This document shows, piece by piece, positions 1 through 8,354 of a stretch of DNA of 48,944 bases. The stretch lies in the NCBI GenBank assembly GCA_964590515.1, contig CAZPZD010000009.1:1-48944 (forward strand), given 5' to 3'. Under the pieces are notes generated by a model. The model was not told the origin of the DNA. It ran no database searches and saw only the letters and a list, made by a program, of their open reading frames with translations. The stretch is from an uncultured Anaerolineaceae bacterium (GTDB taxonomy: Bacteria; Chloroflexota; Anaerolineae; Anaerolineales; E44-bin32). Position 1 is the stretch's first letter; the number at the start of each line of letters is the position of its first letter. A program made the position numbers and the translations under genes.

Positions 1-204
1 GACCGCCGGGACGAGTTCAACCGTGAGTTTTTCGATGCTTCCGAGAACTCACTCAAACGGCTGCTGCCGGACGACGCTGAATGGGAAACTCTGGTGCGGG
101 TCATCGATATCCCGGCAGTTGCCGGCGGCCAAGTGGCCGAGCTGGTCATGAATGGCGAGGCCAGCAAGGCCATCGCCTATTTGAGGCCGCCGGCGGACAG
201 CTGA
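1..204 (+). CDS. Partial CDS (C-terminus); resembles the tail of PEP/pyruvate-binding domain (PEP synthase/PPDK-like) proteins
   Basis: Frame 1 is open from the window edge: DRRDEFNREFFDASENSLKRLLPDDAEWETLVRVIDIP...KAIAYLRPPADS*, TGA at 202-204. Family call from recollection of this C-terminal pattern only. Confidence 0.5.
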   Translation, partial: DRRDEFNREFFDASENSLKRLLPDDAEWETLVRVIDIPAVAGGQVAELVMNGEASKAIAYLRPPADS

Positions 205-213
205 ACAGATAGG

Positions 214-891
214 TCACCACGCCCAGAACGGCCGCTTGTCGGAGGACCAGCCATGCTCACCGAGCAGCGGGACGAAGGCGACCGGGGCAATCCGTTCCTG
301 ACTGAAATCAGTTTCGCTCTCCCGGCGCCAGAGTTCGAGGGTCTGGCCCTCCTGGCTCCCCACCGGCACCACCAATCGGCCGCCGATCTCCAATTGCTCC
401 TTGAGCGGCGCGGGCACCCGCGGGGCGGCCGCCGCAACGATGATTGCCGGGTAAGGCGCGTGCTCCGGTAACCCTCCAGAACCGTCGCGCTCGTAGACCG
501 TCACGTTCTCGCAGCCCAATTCCTTCAGCCGCTCTGCCGCGCTGCGGGCCAGCTCCGATACCCGCTCCAGGCTGTACACCCGCTGCGCCAGGCGGGAAAG
601 GACAGCCGCCTGGTAACCCGAGCCAGTCCCGATCTCCAATACGGTTTCTCCGCCCTCCAACTCGAGCAACTGAGACATGAGGGCGACGATGTAAGGCTGG
701 GAGATCGTTTGCCCGTGGTCCAGTCTGACCGGCCCATCGAAGTAGGCCTGGCTGCTCAAGTCGTCTGGAACGAAGCGGTGCCGCGGCACGACCCGCATGG
801 CCTCCAGGACCCGGGGATCATGAATGTCGCGGCTCCGGAGTTGCTCTTCCACCATCCGCTCACGGGCGCTGCGAGTGGGATCCTCTGCCAT
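214..891 (-). CDS. pcm: Protein-L-isoaspartate O-methyltransferase
   Basis: VPRHRFV, GQTISQPYIVA, VLEIGTGSGYQAAVL, GGRLVVPVG and FVPL motifs. Confidence 0.95.
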   Translation of the reverse strand: MAEDPTRSARERMVEEQLRSRDIHDPRVLEAMRVVPRHRFVPDDLSSQAYFDGPVRLDHGQTISQPYIVALMSQLLELEGGETVLEIGTGSGYQAAVLSRLAQRVYSLERVSELARSAAERLKELGCENVTVYERDGSGGLPEHAPYPAIIVAAAAPRVPAPLKEQLEIGGRLVVPVGSQEGQTLELWRRESETDFSQERIAPVAFVPLLGEHGWSSDKRPFWAW

Positions 892-980
892 GCATGCCTC
901 AAATGATTATATGCATGAAAAGAAACGCCCAAGGCGGTCGCCCGGGCACTTGGCTGGCAGCCGACTGGATGCCTTACCGC

Positions 981-1622
981 TCAATACGCCAGACGCTGCT
1001 CCTTCCAGATGTCGGCCTCGTTATGATATCCGGCCTGCTCCCAGAATCCCTGCCGATCCTGGGCCAGAAACTGCAGCCCGCGCAGCCACTTGCCACCTTT
1101 CCAGAAATAAGGGGACATGAGTTCGTTCCGGCCGGGGATGGATCCCGCGATTCCCCGCAGTGGATATCCGTGGTCCGGGCTGATCGGTTCTCCGTCGAAA
1201 TGAGTGGCCATCAGAAAATTGTCGGCCAGCGCCACTTCCAGTGGAACATTGACCGTGAAGCCGTACTCGCAGTGCTGCAGCACAAATTTGGCGGTGGGCT
1301 TGAGCTTGAGGGTCCCCTCGTCCACCAGCCGCTTCAGCGAAACGCCCTCCCACTCCGTGTCAAACTTGCTCCAACGGGTCACGCAGTGGATGTCCATCAC
1401 AAGCTTCGTACGCGGGAGCTTTTGAAACTCCTCCCAATTCCAGCGCCGCTCTGCCTCAACCTCTCCCCAGACCCGAAAGTCCCAGGTCGCCGGATCGAAG
1501 CGCGGGACCGGGCCATAGTGCAGCACCGGAAATTTGTTCGTTAGCGACTGGCCCGGCGGCAGGCGGCCCTCCCGTTTGAACCGCTCTTCCTCCCCTTTGC
1601 GAGCCAGCACGTCCCTCAGCAT
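981..1622 (-). CDS. Sulfite oxidase-like molybdopterin oxidoreductase (YuiH-like)
   Basis: RLPPGQ, FPVLHYG, DIHCVTRWS (Mo-ligand Cys), HGYPLR, YFWKGGKW, GFWEQAGYH. Start moved to ATG 1622 (GGAG RBS; TATAAT at 1651-1656 on the minus strand). Confidence 0.88.
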   Translation of the reverse strand: MLRDVLARKGEEERFKREGRLPPGQSLTNKFPVLHYGPVPRFDPATWDFRVWGEVEAERRWNWEEFQKLPRTKLVMDIHCVTRWSKFDTEWEGVSLKRLVDEGTLKLKPTAKFVLQHCEYGFTVNVPLEVALADNFLMATHFDGEPISPDHGYPLRGIAGSIPGRNELMSPYFWKGGKWLRGLQFLAQDRQGFWEQAGYHNEADIWKEQRLAY

Positions 1623-1788
1623 CGGATGCACTCCCCAGAGAACGGCCCGCATTATATCAAGCAGGCGGTACCGCCCGCCTATAGCCGGGCCAGCGGGCTG
1701 GCCGTAGCCTGTGCCTCGAGCACCGCACACCCCGACCCTGCCGTTCTCAATTGGGAATAATGACCCAGACCCGGGCGGCGCCACTGTC

Positions 1789-1815
1789 GGGAACTCGCGG
1801 TCCTTGGTGAACGTC
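1789..1815 (+). promoter_or_regulatory. Candidate ECF sigma promoter (GGGAAC-N17-CGTC)
   Basis: GGGAAC 1789-1794 and CGTC 1812-1815 upstream of the DUF4139 gene; same spacing as the motif upstream of the ECF sigma gene at 39511. Confidence 0.4.
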
Positions 1816-1854
1816 TCTGTTCACACAGACTTATGTGGAAGGAAGGATACCGAC

Positions 1855-3384
1855 ATGGAGCCATTCCGATTGCATGATCTTCTCCGTTCAACCTGGTCGC
1901 GCGCCGCGCAGCCGGGCAAAGCAGTCCTGGCCACTCTCGGCTTGGCGGCCGTAGGAGTGGCCTGTAGTGGACTATCGAGTCCAGATCGTGCCGCTACTCC
2001 CACTCGCCCTCCGGTCGCCGAGGCGGCCGACAACACCCTCGCGCTGACCGTTTATAACGAAGGCACCGCCCTCGTCCGGGATCGGCGGCAGTTCGATCTC
2101 GCCGACGGGTTCAATGAGATCGCCTTTACTGACGTGTCTGCTTCGATCGATCCGACCAGCGTGCTATTTGAGTCGCTCACCGACCCCGATGGCACCTTCG
2201 TCCTGGAGCAGAACTACCAGTTCGATTTAGTCAATTCAACCGCGTTATTCAACAAATACCTGGATCAACTGATTCGGGTGGTCACCCAGGACGGGACCCT
2301 CTACGAAGGCCGGCTGTTGAGCAATCAGGGTGGGATAATCTTGCAAAACGAGGACGGACAGGTGTCGGTCATCAGCGGGGACGTGAGAGAGATCTCCTTT
2401 CCGGAATTGCCGGATGGGTTGATCACCCGCCCGACCCTGGTCTGGCAGCTCATGGCCGATGGTCGAGGCCCGCAGGATGTGGAGATCACCTACCTGACCG
2501 GTGGCCTCGGTTGGCAGGCGGATTACGTGGTCCTGCTTGCGGCCGACGAGACCGCCATCGATCTGGATGGATGGGTCACCATGCACAATACCAGTGGTAC
2601 CTCCTACGAGGATGCCAAACTCAAGCTAGTTGCCGGCGACCTACAGCGGTTGCCCGAGCCGGGTTTTGCGGCCCAGGAGCTGCTCTTCGAGGCCGATCGG
2701 GCCGCGGCGGCCGCGCCAATTGAGCAGCGCGAGTTCTTTGAGTACCACCTCTACGAAGTGCCGCGCCCGGTGACGGTGTCCAACAACGAGAGCAAGCAGA
2801 TCGAGTTCGTTGCGGTGAATGACATCTCGGCCGAGAAATTCTTCGTCTACGATGGGCTGCAGTGTCGCTACAACTACTGGTACTGCAGCTTCTACGGGTA
2901 CCCGCAGACCGAGCCGAGCTATGGGATCGCTTCCAATCCGAAGGTGATGGTGATGTTGGAGTTCGACACCGAGGAAGCCGAGGCCGACCTGCCCAGGGGC
3001 CGGGTGCGGGTGTATCAAGAGGACGTCGACGGGGCGGCCCTCTTAATCGGCGAAGACAGCATCGACCATACCCCGGAGGGCGAGACCGTGCGGCTGTATG
3101 TCGGGGATGCCTTCGACATCGTCGGCGAACGCATCCAGACCGACTTCCGCCGGCCGTCCGAGAATCGACTGGAAGAAGACTTCGAGATCACGCTGCGCAA
3201 CCACAAGGATGAGCCGGTGGTGGTTCGGGTCGTCGAATATCTATTCCGCTGGAGCGAGTGGAAGATCCTGAGCTCCAGCCACGACTACACCAAGATGGAC
3301 TCTTCCACGATCGAGTTCCGGGTGACGGTTCCGGCCAACGGCGAGAGCACCTTATCCTACAGCGTCCGCTACTTCTGGCCGTAG
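1855..3384 (+). CDS. DUF4139/DUF4140-family protein, probable lipoprotein
   Basis: LTVYNEGTALVRD, LEQNYQFDL, TYLTGGLGWQADY and IDHTP patterns; hydrophobic stretch ending VGVAC (lipobox-like); ATG 1855 follows GGAAGGA. Confidence 0.8.
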   Translation: MEPFRLHDLLRSTWSRAAQPGKAVLATLGLAAVGVACSGLSSPDRAATPTRPPVAEAADNTLALTVYNEGTALVRDRRQFDLADGFNEIAFTDVSASIDPTSVLFESLTDPDGTFVLEQNYQFDLVNSTALFNKYLDQLIRVVTQDGTLYEGRLLSNQGGIILQNEDGQVSVISGDVREISFPELPDGLITRPTLVWQLMADGRGPQDVEITYLTGGLGWQADYVVLLAADETAIDLDGWVTMHNTSGTSYEDAKLKLVAGDLQRLPEPGFAAQELLFEADRAAAAAPIEQREFFEYHLYEVPRPVTVSNNESKQIEFVAVNDISAEKFFVYDGLQCRYNYWYCSFYGYPQTEPSYGIASNPKVMVMLEFDTEEAEADLPRGRVRVYQEDVDGAALLIGEDSIDHTPEGETVRLYVGDAFDIVGERIQTDFRRPSENRLEEDFEITLRNHKDEPVVVRVVEYLFRWSEWKILSSSHDYTKMDSSTIEFRVTVPANGESTLSYSVRYFWP

Positions 3385-3404
3385 CAGCTGCACCTTAATG
3401 AGCG

Positions 3405-3443
3405 AAGGCCTCCGAGGACTGCATTCCCCCGGAGGCCTTTCTT
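3405..3443 (+). terminator. Intrinsic terminator
   Basis: AAGGCCTCCG (3405-3414) pairs with CGGAGGCCTT (3430-3439), followed by TCTT, 20 nt after the DUF4139 stop. Confidence 0.75.
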
Positions 3444-3470
3444 GATTCTGATGATCGGAGCCGAGCGCGA

Positions 3471-3563
3471 CGGGGTCTTGCTAATACCCTGGCCCGAGGA
3501 TCAGCTCTCGACTGTCAGTTTCGGGGTTGTAGTGGTAGCCCGGCCCAGGGTCCTACAAGCCCG
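3471..3563. other. Long imperfect intergenic hairpin (candidate structured RNA or palindromic element)
   Basis: Nested arms CGGG/CCCG, CTTG/CAAG, ACCCTGG/CCAGGGT, CCG/CGG and CAGCTC-CGA/TCG-GGGTTG. Confidence 0.4.
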
Positions 3564-3577
3564 GACGATTGCTAGTG

Positions 3578-4156
3578 CTATGCGACTGAGGGCGAATCGC
3601 CTTCGAAGAGCGGGAGGTGCCCCAGGGCGATGACATGTCTCCAGGTCTCGGGGTCTCCCTCGGTAAAAATCGCAGCCTCTGCCACCACCTGAGCGCCGGC
3701 CAGCTCCATCACGCTGCGCATTCCATTGAGAGTCGACCCGGTGCTGACCACGTCATCAACCAGCACGACTCGTTTGCCCTTGAGCGCCGAGCGGTCCTTC
3801 TCATCCAGGAAGAGGGTTTGCGGCTTGCCGGTCGTGATCGAAACCGTCTCGGCCTCCAGGGTTTCACCCATATACAGCTTGTAGGTCTTGCGCAACACGA
3901 TCCAGCGCTTCCCGGTGGCCACGGCAAGGGCATGGACCAGCGGAATGCTCTTGGCTTCCGCGGTGACCAGCACATCGTAGTTGATTCCCGCTAACCGTTT
4001 GGCAAGCGCGCCTGAGCAGGCTTTCACCAACTCGGTGTCTCCTAAAATGTTCAACACGGCGATCCGCAACCCGGGCGCGACTTCAAACAGAGGAAGTTTG
4101 CGCTTCAGTCCCGCGACTTCGACCGAGTAGGTTTCACGCTCCATCGGCATGCTCAT
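3578..4156 (-). CDS. Type I phosphoribosyltransferase, adenine PRT-like
   Basis: AEAKSIPL, LRK and the PRPP-binding motif VVLVDDVVSTGST. Confidence 0.85.
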   Translation of the reverse strand: MSMPMERETYSVEVAGLKRKLPLFEVAPGLRIAVLNILGDTELVKACSGALAKRLAGINYDVLVTAEAKSIPLVHALAVATGKRWIVLRKTYKLYMGETLEAETVSITTGKPQTLFLDEKDRSALKGKRVVLVDDVVSTGSTLNGMRSVMELAGAQVVAEAAIFTEGDPETWRHVIALGHLPLFEGDSPSVA

Positions 4157-4166
4157 CCTCCCGCCC

Positions 4167-4194
4167 TTGACAGCTAGTTCAACCCGCGTAGAAT
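4167..4194 (+). promoter_or_regulatory. Sigma70-type promoter of the ArsR gene
   Basis: TTGACA (4167-4172)-N16-TAGAAT (4189-4194), followed by the imperfect inverted repeat TTCGAT-ATGC-ATCAAA (4198-4213), a likely autoregulatory operator. Confidence 0.7.
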
Positions 4195-4203
4195 TACTTC
4201 GAT

Positions 4204-4791
4204 ATGCATCAAACTAAATCTATGGATGACAAAGGCCCGTTAGCCGAGCTGCTGGAGTTCTTTAAGGTGCTTTCGGAGGCCAATCGGCTGAAGATTGTGG
4301 GCTTGCTGTCGCAGGGACCCTTTAACGTGGAGCAGCTCGCGGCGAAGCTCAACCTGCGCCCTTCGACGGTATCGCACCACCTGTCTCGACTCTCGCAGGC
4401 CGGCCTGGTGGCGGCCCGGGCGGAGGGCTATTATAGCGTATACCACTTGCAGACCGAGGCGTTGGAGCAGATGGCCCGCCGCCTGTTGTCGCGAGAAGAC
4501 CTGCCCGCGGTGGCCGAACAGGCAGATCTGGCCGCCTATGATCGCAAGGTGTTGGAATACTTTTCACGGCCGGATGGTCGCTTGAAGAGCATCCCCGCCC
4601 AACGTAAGAAGCTCAACGTGGTCCTACGGCACGTGATTCTGCGGTTCCCGGTGGGCAAGCGCCTCAGCGAGAAACAGGTAAACCTCTTGTTACGCAGGGT
4701 CCATGACGACACTGCCAGGCTGCGCCGGGAGTTGGTGGGCGCCGGATTGCTGCAACGCTCCCAAGGCCAGTATTGGCGCCCGCCAACTTAG
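4204..4791 (+). CDS. ArsR/SmtB-family regulator with C-terminal DUF2087-like domain
   Basis: FKVLSEANRLKIV...STVSHHLSRLSQAGLV wHTH; GRLKSIPAQRKK and DTARLRRELV..GLL.R resemble DUF2087. The start may be ATG 4222. Confidence 0.85.
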   Translation: MHQTKSMDDKGPLAELLEFFKVLSEANRLKIVGLLSQGPFNVEQLAAKLNLRPSTVSHHLSRLSQAGLVAARAEGYYSVYHLQTEALEQMARRLLSREDLPAVAEQADLAAYDRKVLEYFSRPDGRLKSIPAQRKKLNVVLRHVILRFPVGKRLSEKQVNLLLRRVHDDTARLRRELVGAGLLQRSQGQYWRPPT

Positions 4792-4793
4792 CC

Positions 4794-5693
4794 TTACTCC
4801 TCCTGTCGACTTCGCAGGTCATAGATCCCACCCTCCAAGGGCCACACTCGGCCGCAGTTCTGGCAGCGCAGTCCATCCTGATTTTGGCCGATTCGGTCCG
4901 ATTTGCAGACCGGACACCTCCAGAATGTACCCTGCCGGTGGAAATTCGGAGCAAGCCTGGCTCGCGCCCGCAGGAAAACGCTTGGGCTCAGCAGGATCCA
5001 TTTTCCGCTCGGCTGCAGGGCCGAATCCAATGCGGTCAGGGCCCGGGCCGGGAAAACACGCTTTAGCAAGGCCTGACGAAACATTGACACCGCGAGCTCT
5101 CGCTCAACAACGAATCCCGCCTCCTCCAACCAGGTTCGGACCGACTGTGGATGAAAGTTGAAATTGAGCTGCACGAACTCGACTGGCGCCCGGTCGAACG
5201 GATTCCACGCTTGAGCGCGCACAAGCCAACGTAGTACTGCTTTGAGATTGCGTTTATTGGCGTATTCCAGAACGAAGGATGCGTCCTGCTCCAGTACTTC
5301 CGCGACGCTGGCCAAGGCTCCTGCTGGATCCGCCATATGATGCAGGGTGCGGATCATGGTGGCGCCGTCGAAGAGCCCCGGCACGAACGGTAGCCGATAG
5401 ACGTCGGCCGCAACGTACAGATACCGGTCGTCCTGACCTAGTCTCTCCTGAGCTTGCTGCAGCTGGGAGCGCGAGTAGTCCACTAGGGCAATCCGCTCGA
5501 AGCCGCGGTAACGCGGAGTGTTTCGTCCGGCTCCCGCCCCGATCTCGAGCATGAATCGGCCGGCCCTGGGCAGAAGCCGGCGCAGCGCAGCCGCCTCCGC
5601 CGCGTCTTCGTAGAGCCGATCCCCTGGCGTCCAGAAGCGGTCCTGGTAGTCCGATCCCTCGTAGTCACAGATCGGAGGTCGGCCTATTTCCAT
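4794..5693 (-). CDS. Class I SAM-dependent methyltransferase with C-terminal Zn ribbon
   Basis: LEIGAGAG, ADVYRLPF, RTLHHM; C-terminal CPVC...CQNC...GIYDL. Confidence 0.85.
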   Translation of the reverse strand: MEIGRPPICDYEGSDYQDRFWTPGDRLYEDAAEAAALRRLLPRAGRFMLEIGAGAGRNTPRYRGFERIALVDYSRSQLQQAQERLGQDDRYLYVAADVYRLPFVPGLFDGATMIRTLHHMADPAGALASVAEVLEQDASFVLEYANKRNLKAVLRWLVRAQAWNPFDRAPVEFVQLNFNFHPQSVRTWLEEAGFVVERELAVSMFRQALLKRVFPARALTALDSALQPSGKWILLSPSVFLRARARLAPNFHRQGTFWRCPVCKSDRIGQNQDGLRCQNCGRVWPLEGGIYDLRSRQEE

Positions 5694-6475
5694 CGGGTCA
5701 GGATCGTCTCCCGTTCAAACAACTGAACCGAAAACGCCAGGAGTCCGGTGTCGATCACGCCCAGGACAAGGGCCATCCAGAGAATCAGCCTCTGATTGAG
5801 CAGGATCAAACCCGAAATTTGGCCAAAGAAGAGCGCAAGCAGCGGCATGATCACCAACATCGAGAGCTGTTCCGCGACCCGCGGATCGCTCGACCGCGAG
5901 GAAACCATTACCGCCACACTGACCGCGGCCAGGGCAAGCAGCGGGCCGACCACCAGTACCGCCGTCAGCCAGAGCGGATCGGCCAGCCGGGACAAGACCG
6001 CGGGCTCAACGGCCAGCAATGCCGACCCCAAGAGGAACACCCCAAAGGCGAGCCAGGTGACAAGCACGGCCGGGATAACCGCCGCCGCCGCCTTGCCCGC
6101 CAGCAGCTCCACGGTGGTTATAGGGGTCGCCAAGACCGGTTCGAGTGTTCGCCGGGTCTTCTCACCGATGATGCTGTAGGAGGCGATCGTGATCGGAATC
6201 GCCAACGGCATCAGCATGAACAGCAACAGGAATTGACTCACTAGGAAGTACTGGCTGCAGGCAGTCCCCTCCAGCCCTTCGCAGACTTGGCCAAAATTCG
6301 GGGGTAAGTCATCGGTTATCAATCCGTCGAGGTCACCCACCGAGCCAGTTACATACAGAATGACCAACGGAATGGCCGTCAGGAGCATTGGCAAGAACGC
6401 CACGGTGAAGAGCACCAAGCGGTTCCTGAAGATCTCCGCCCATTCCTTTCGAACGATGGTCCACACTCGCCTCAC
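5684..6475 (-). CDS. ABC-2 type permease
   Basis: IVRKEW start, SIIGEKTRRTLEPVLATPI...GK and multiple TM segments; GTG 6475 overlaps the ATPase stop (GTGA). Confidence 0.88.
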   Translation of the reverse strand: MRRVWTIVRKEWAEIFRNRLVLFTVAFLPMLLTAIPLVILYVTGSVGDLDGLITDDLPPNFGQVCEGLEGTACSQYFLVSQFLLLFMLMPLAIPITIASYSIIGEKTRRTLEPVLATPITTVELLAGKAAAAVIPAVLVTWLAFGVFLLGSALLAVEPAVLSRLADPLWLTAVLVVGPLLALAAVSVAVMVSSRSSDPRVAEQLSMLVIMPLLALFFGQISGLILLNQRLILWMALVLGVIDTGLLAFSVQLFERETILTRWK

Positions 6476-7458
6476 GAGTGGGCCTCCTCGGGTAGCGCTT
6501 CGCCCGGATCTGCCTGATTCAGCAAATGAAGGTACACGTCCTCCAAGGTCCGGCGCAGCTCGCCGACAAACTGCAGTTGGGCCCCGGACTCGACGAGTGC
6601 CGCGATGAGCGCGGGATTTTCGGACTCGGGATCGTTCAGCGTCACCACGAGCTTGGAATCCACGGTTTCGACGGCCTTCACAAAGGGGAAGGCAGCGAGG
6701 GTTTCCCGATACTCGGGCTTGAGCTGCGCCAGGTGGAAGACCACCTTCCGGCCGAAAATCTGGCGCCGGAGCGCTCCGGGGGAATCGAGGGCCAGCAGTC
6801 GGGTGTTGAAAACCCCGACCCGGTCGCACAAGCGATCCGCTTCGTCGAGATTGTGGGTGCAAATGAAGATCGTTCGGCCCTCGCCTTTCAACCCTTCGAT
6901 GAAGTCTCGAACCAGATGGGCTGCCTCCGGGTCGAGGCCGGTGGTGGGTTCGTCGAGAAAAAGCACTCGAGGCTCGTGGAGCAAGGCCCGGGCGATCGCC
7001 AGCTTCTGGCGCATCCCGCGCGAGAAGGTGGCCGTCGGCTCACTGCGACGGTTCCACAGGCCGAGCAGCCGCAAATAGCGCTCAACTTGCGCTGGGATGT
7101 CCACGACCCCGTACAGCTCCGCAAAGAAGGTTAGATTGCGCTCCGCACTCAGCGTGTCGTACAGGCCGGGCGCCTCGGTCAAGATCCCGACCTGGCGCCG
7201 AAGCTCGGTGTCGTCCTGGCCAAGTTGATGTCCGGCCACCCAGGCCTTTCCGCTGCTTGGGCTGATCAGGCCGGTCAACATTCGGATGGTCGTGGTCTTG
7301 CCGGCCCCGTTCGGTCCCAGGAAGCCGAATAGCTCTCCCGGGGCGACCTCCAGCCAGAGATCTTCCACGGCCACCCTCGTCCCAAAGCGTTTCGAGAGAC
7401 CCTCAATCCTAATTATGGGGCACCTATCGTCTGCCTTTCGGCGATCGCCGCCGGTCAA
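6472..7458 (-). CDS. ABC transporter ATP-binding protein (DrrA/NatA-like)
   Basis: GPNGAGKT, FSRGMRQK, LFLDEPT and H-loop CTH. Confidence 0.92.
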   Translation of the reverse strand: MTGGDRRKADDRCPIIRIEGLSKRFGTRVAVEDLWLEVAPGELFGFLGPNGAGKTTTIRMLTGLISPSSGKAWVAGHQLGQDDTELRRQVGILTEAPGLYDTLSAERNLTFFAELYGVVDIPAQVERYLRLLGLWNRRSEPTATFSRGMRQKLAIARALLHEPRVLFLDEPTTGLDPEAAHLVRDFIEGLKGEGRTIFICTHNLDEADRLCDRVGVFNTRLLALDSPGALRRQIFGRKVVFHLAQLKPEYRETLAAFPFVKAVETVDSKLVVTLNDPESENPALIAALVESGAQLQFVGELRRTLEDVYLHLLNQADPGEALPEEAHS

Positions 7459-8315
7459 TCCGCATACTTCGAGTCATCCAACCGAATCGCGGCCAGGTCG
7501 ACCTTGGCCGGGGTGATCTTGAGAAGTGGTTCGCCTGGCATGACGGCCGGCCTGGCGGTCCGCTCGCGGAGTGAAAATAGGATCCCTAAGCTCACGCTAG
7601 CCGTGAGGCCGATCACCGCTTCGGTGGCAGCCGGGCTGACATTGAAGAGGGCAATGACGGCCACTGCATTGACCAGCGCGTGCCAGCCGACCGCGGCACC
7701 CAGCCAGCGCAGATTCCTATCGGTAATTGCCCGCATCACCATCGCCGAAAGCGACAGGTGGACGATCAGCGAGAAGGCCCGTTCGGCCGCCCCCAGCAAT
7801 GCCTCGGGCCAGGGGGCCGTCCAATAGGCCTCCAGCTGCGCTTTGGCGGTCGCAACGTCTTCCGCCGGCAGAATCTGGCTCAGGTCGCTGCTCCGGAAGG
7901 CCATCGCCTGAAAAAACGCGACTAGCGCCAGGATTCCGACCAGAACAGCTTCAGCCCCGCCGTGCCCGGCTCCGAACATGAGCGATTCCCGCCAACTGCG
8001 GGCCGAGCGCTGCCAGAAGCGCAGGGCCAGGAAACGCGCCCCTTCCTCGAACACGCCCGAGGATAGCCCAAGCAGTCCCGCCGACAGCAGGAGTGTTCCG
8101 CTCAAGCCGCGTTCGCCGAAGCCCAGAGCAACCAATTGCGGATTGAGAATCAGCCCGTTGAAGGGCAGGTGCAGGACCTGGGAGCCGATGAAGGTCAGTG
8201 CCCCGGCCCCAAATAGGCCCCAGCGGCCTCCGGTCCGCCGCCTCAAGGCGACCCCCAGCCCCAGCGGCATGGCCAGCATCAACAGCCCGTTCAGCAAGCG
8301 CGCCAGAATGTCGAT
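7455..8315 (-). CDS. YhfC-family intramembrane glutamic-type protease
   Basis: GVFEEGAR, FGAGHGGAEA, AER...HLSLS and WHALVN motifs, multi-TM. Start proposed at ATC 8315 after AGGAG; the ORF track uses TTG 8297. Confidence 0.85.
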   Translation of the reverse strand: MDILARLLNGLLMLAMPLGLGVALRRRTGGRWGLFGAGALTFIGSQVLHLPFNGLILNPQLVALGFGERGLSGTLLLSAGLLGLSSGVFEEGARFLALRFWQRSARSWRESLMFGAGHGGAEAVLVGILALVAFFQAMAFRSSDLSQILPAEDVATAKAQLEAYWTAPWPEALLGAAERAFSLIVHLSLSAMVMRAITDRNLRWLGAAVGWHALVNAVAVIALFNVSPAATEAVIGLTASVSLGILFSLRERTARPAVMPGEPLLKITPAKVDLAAIRLDDSKYAD

Positions 8316-8335
8316 CGCTGCGCTCCTAAGCCAGA

Positions 8336-8351
8336 TGTTCCACGTGAAACA
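8336..8351. other. parS: parS centromere-like site (ParB binding)
   Basis: TGTTCCACGTGAAACA, 15/16 match to the palindrome TGTTTCACGTGAAACA, intergenic. Confidence 0.85.
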
Positions 8352-8354
8352 TGC

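Noticed and set aside
3526-3586. Twister or hammerhead ribozyme (GGGTCCTACAAGCCC resembles the twister P4/L4)
   Set aside because: No properly placed UAA cleavage loop or pseudoknot partners, and no CUGANGA/GAAA hammerhead core.
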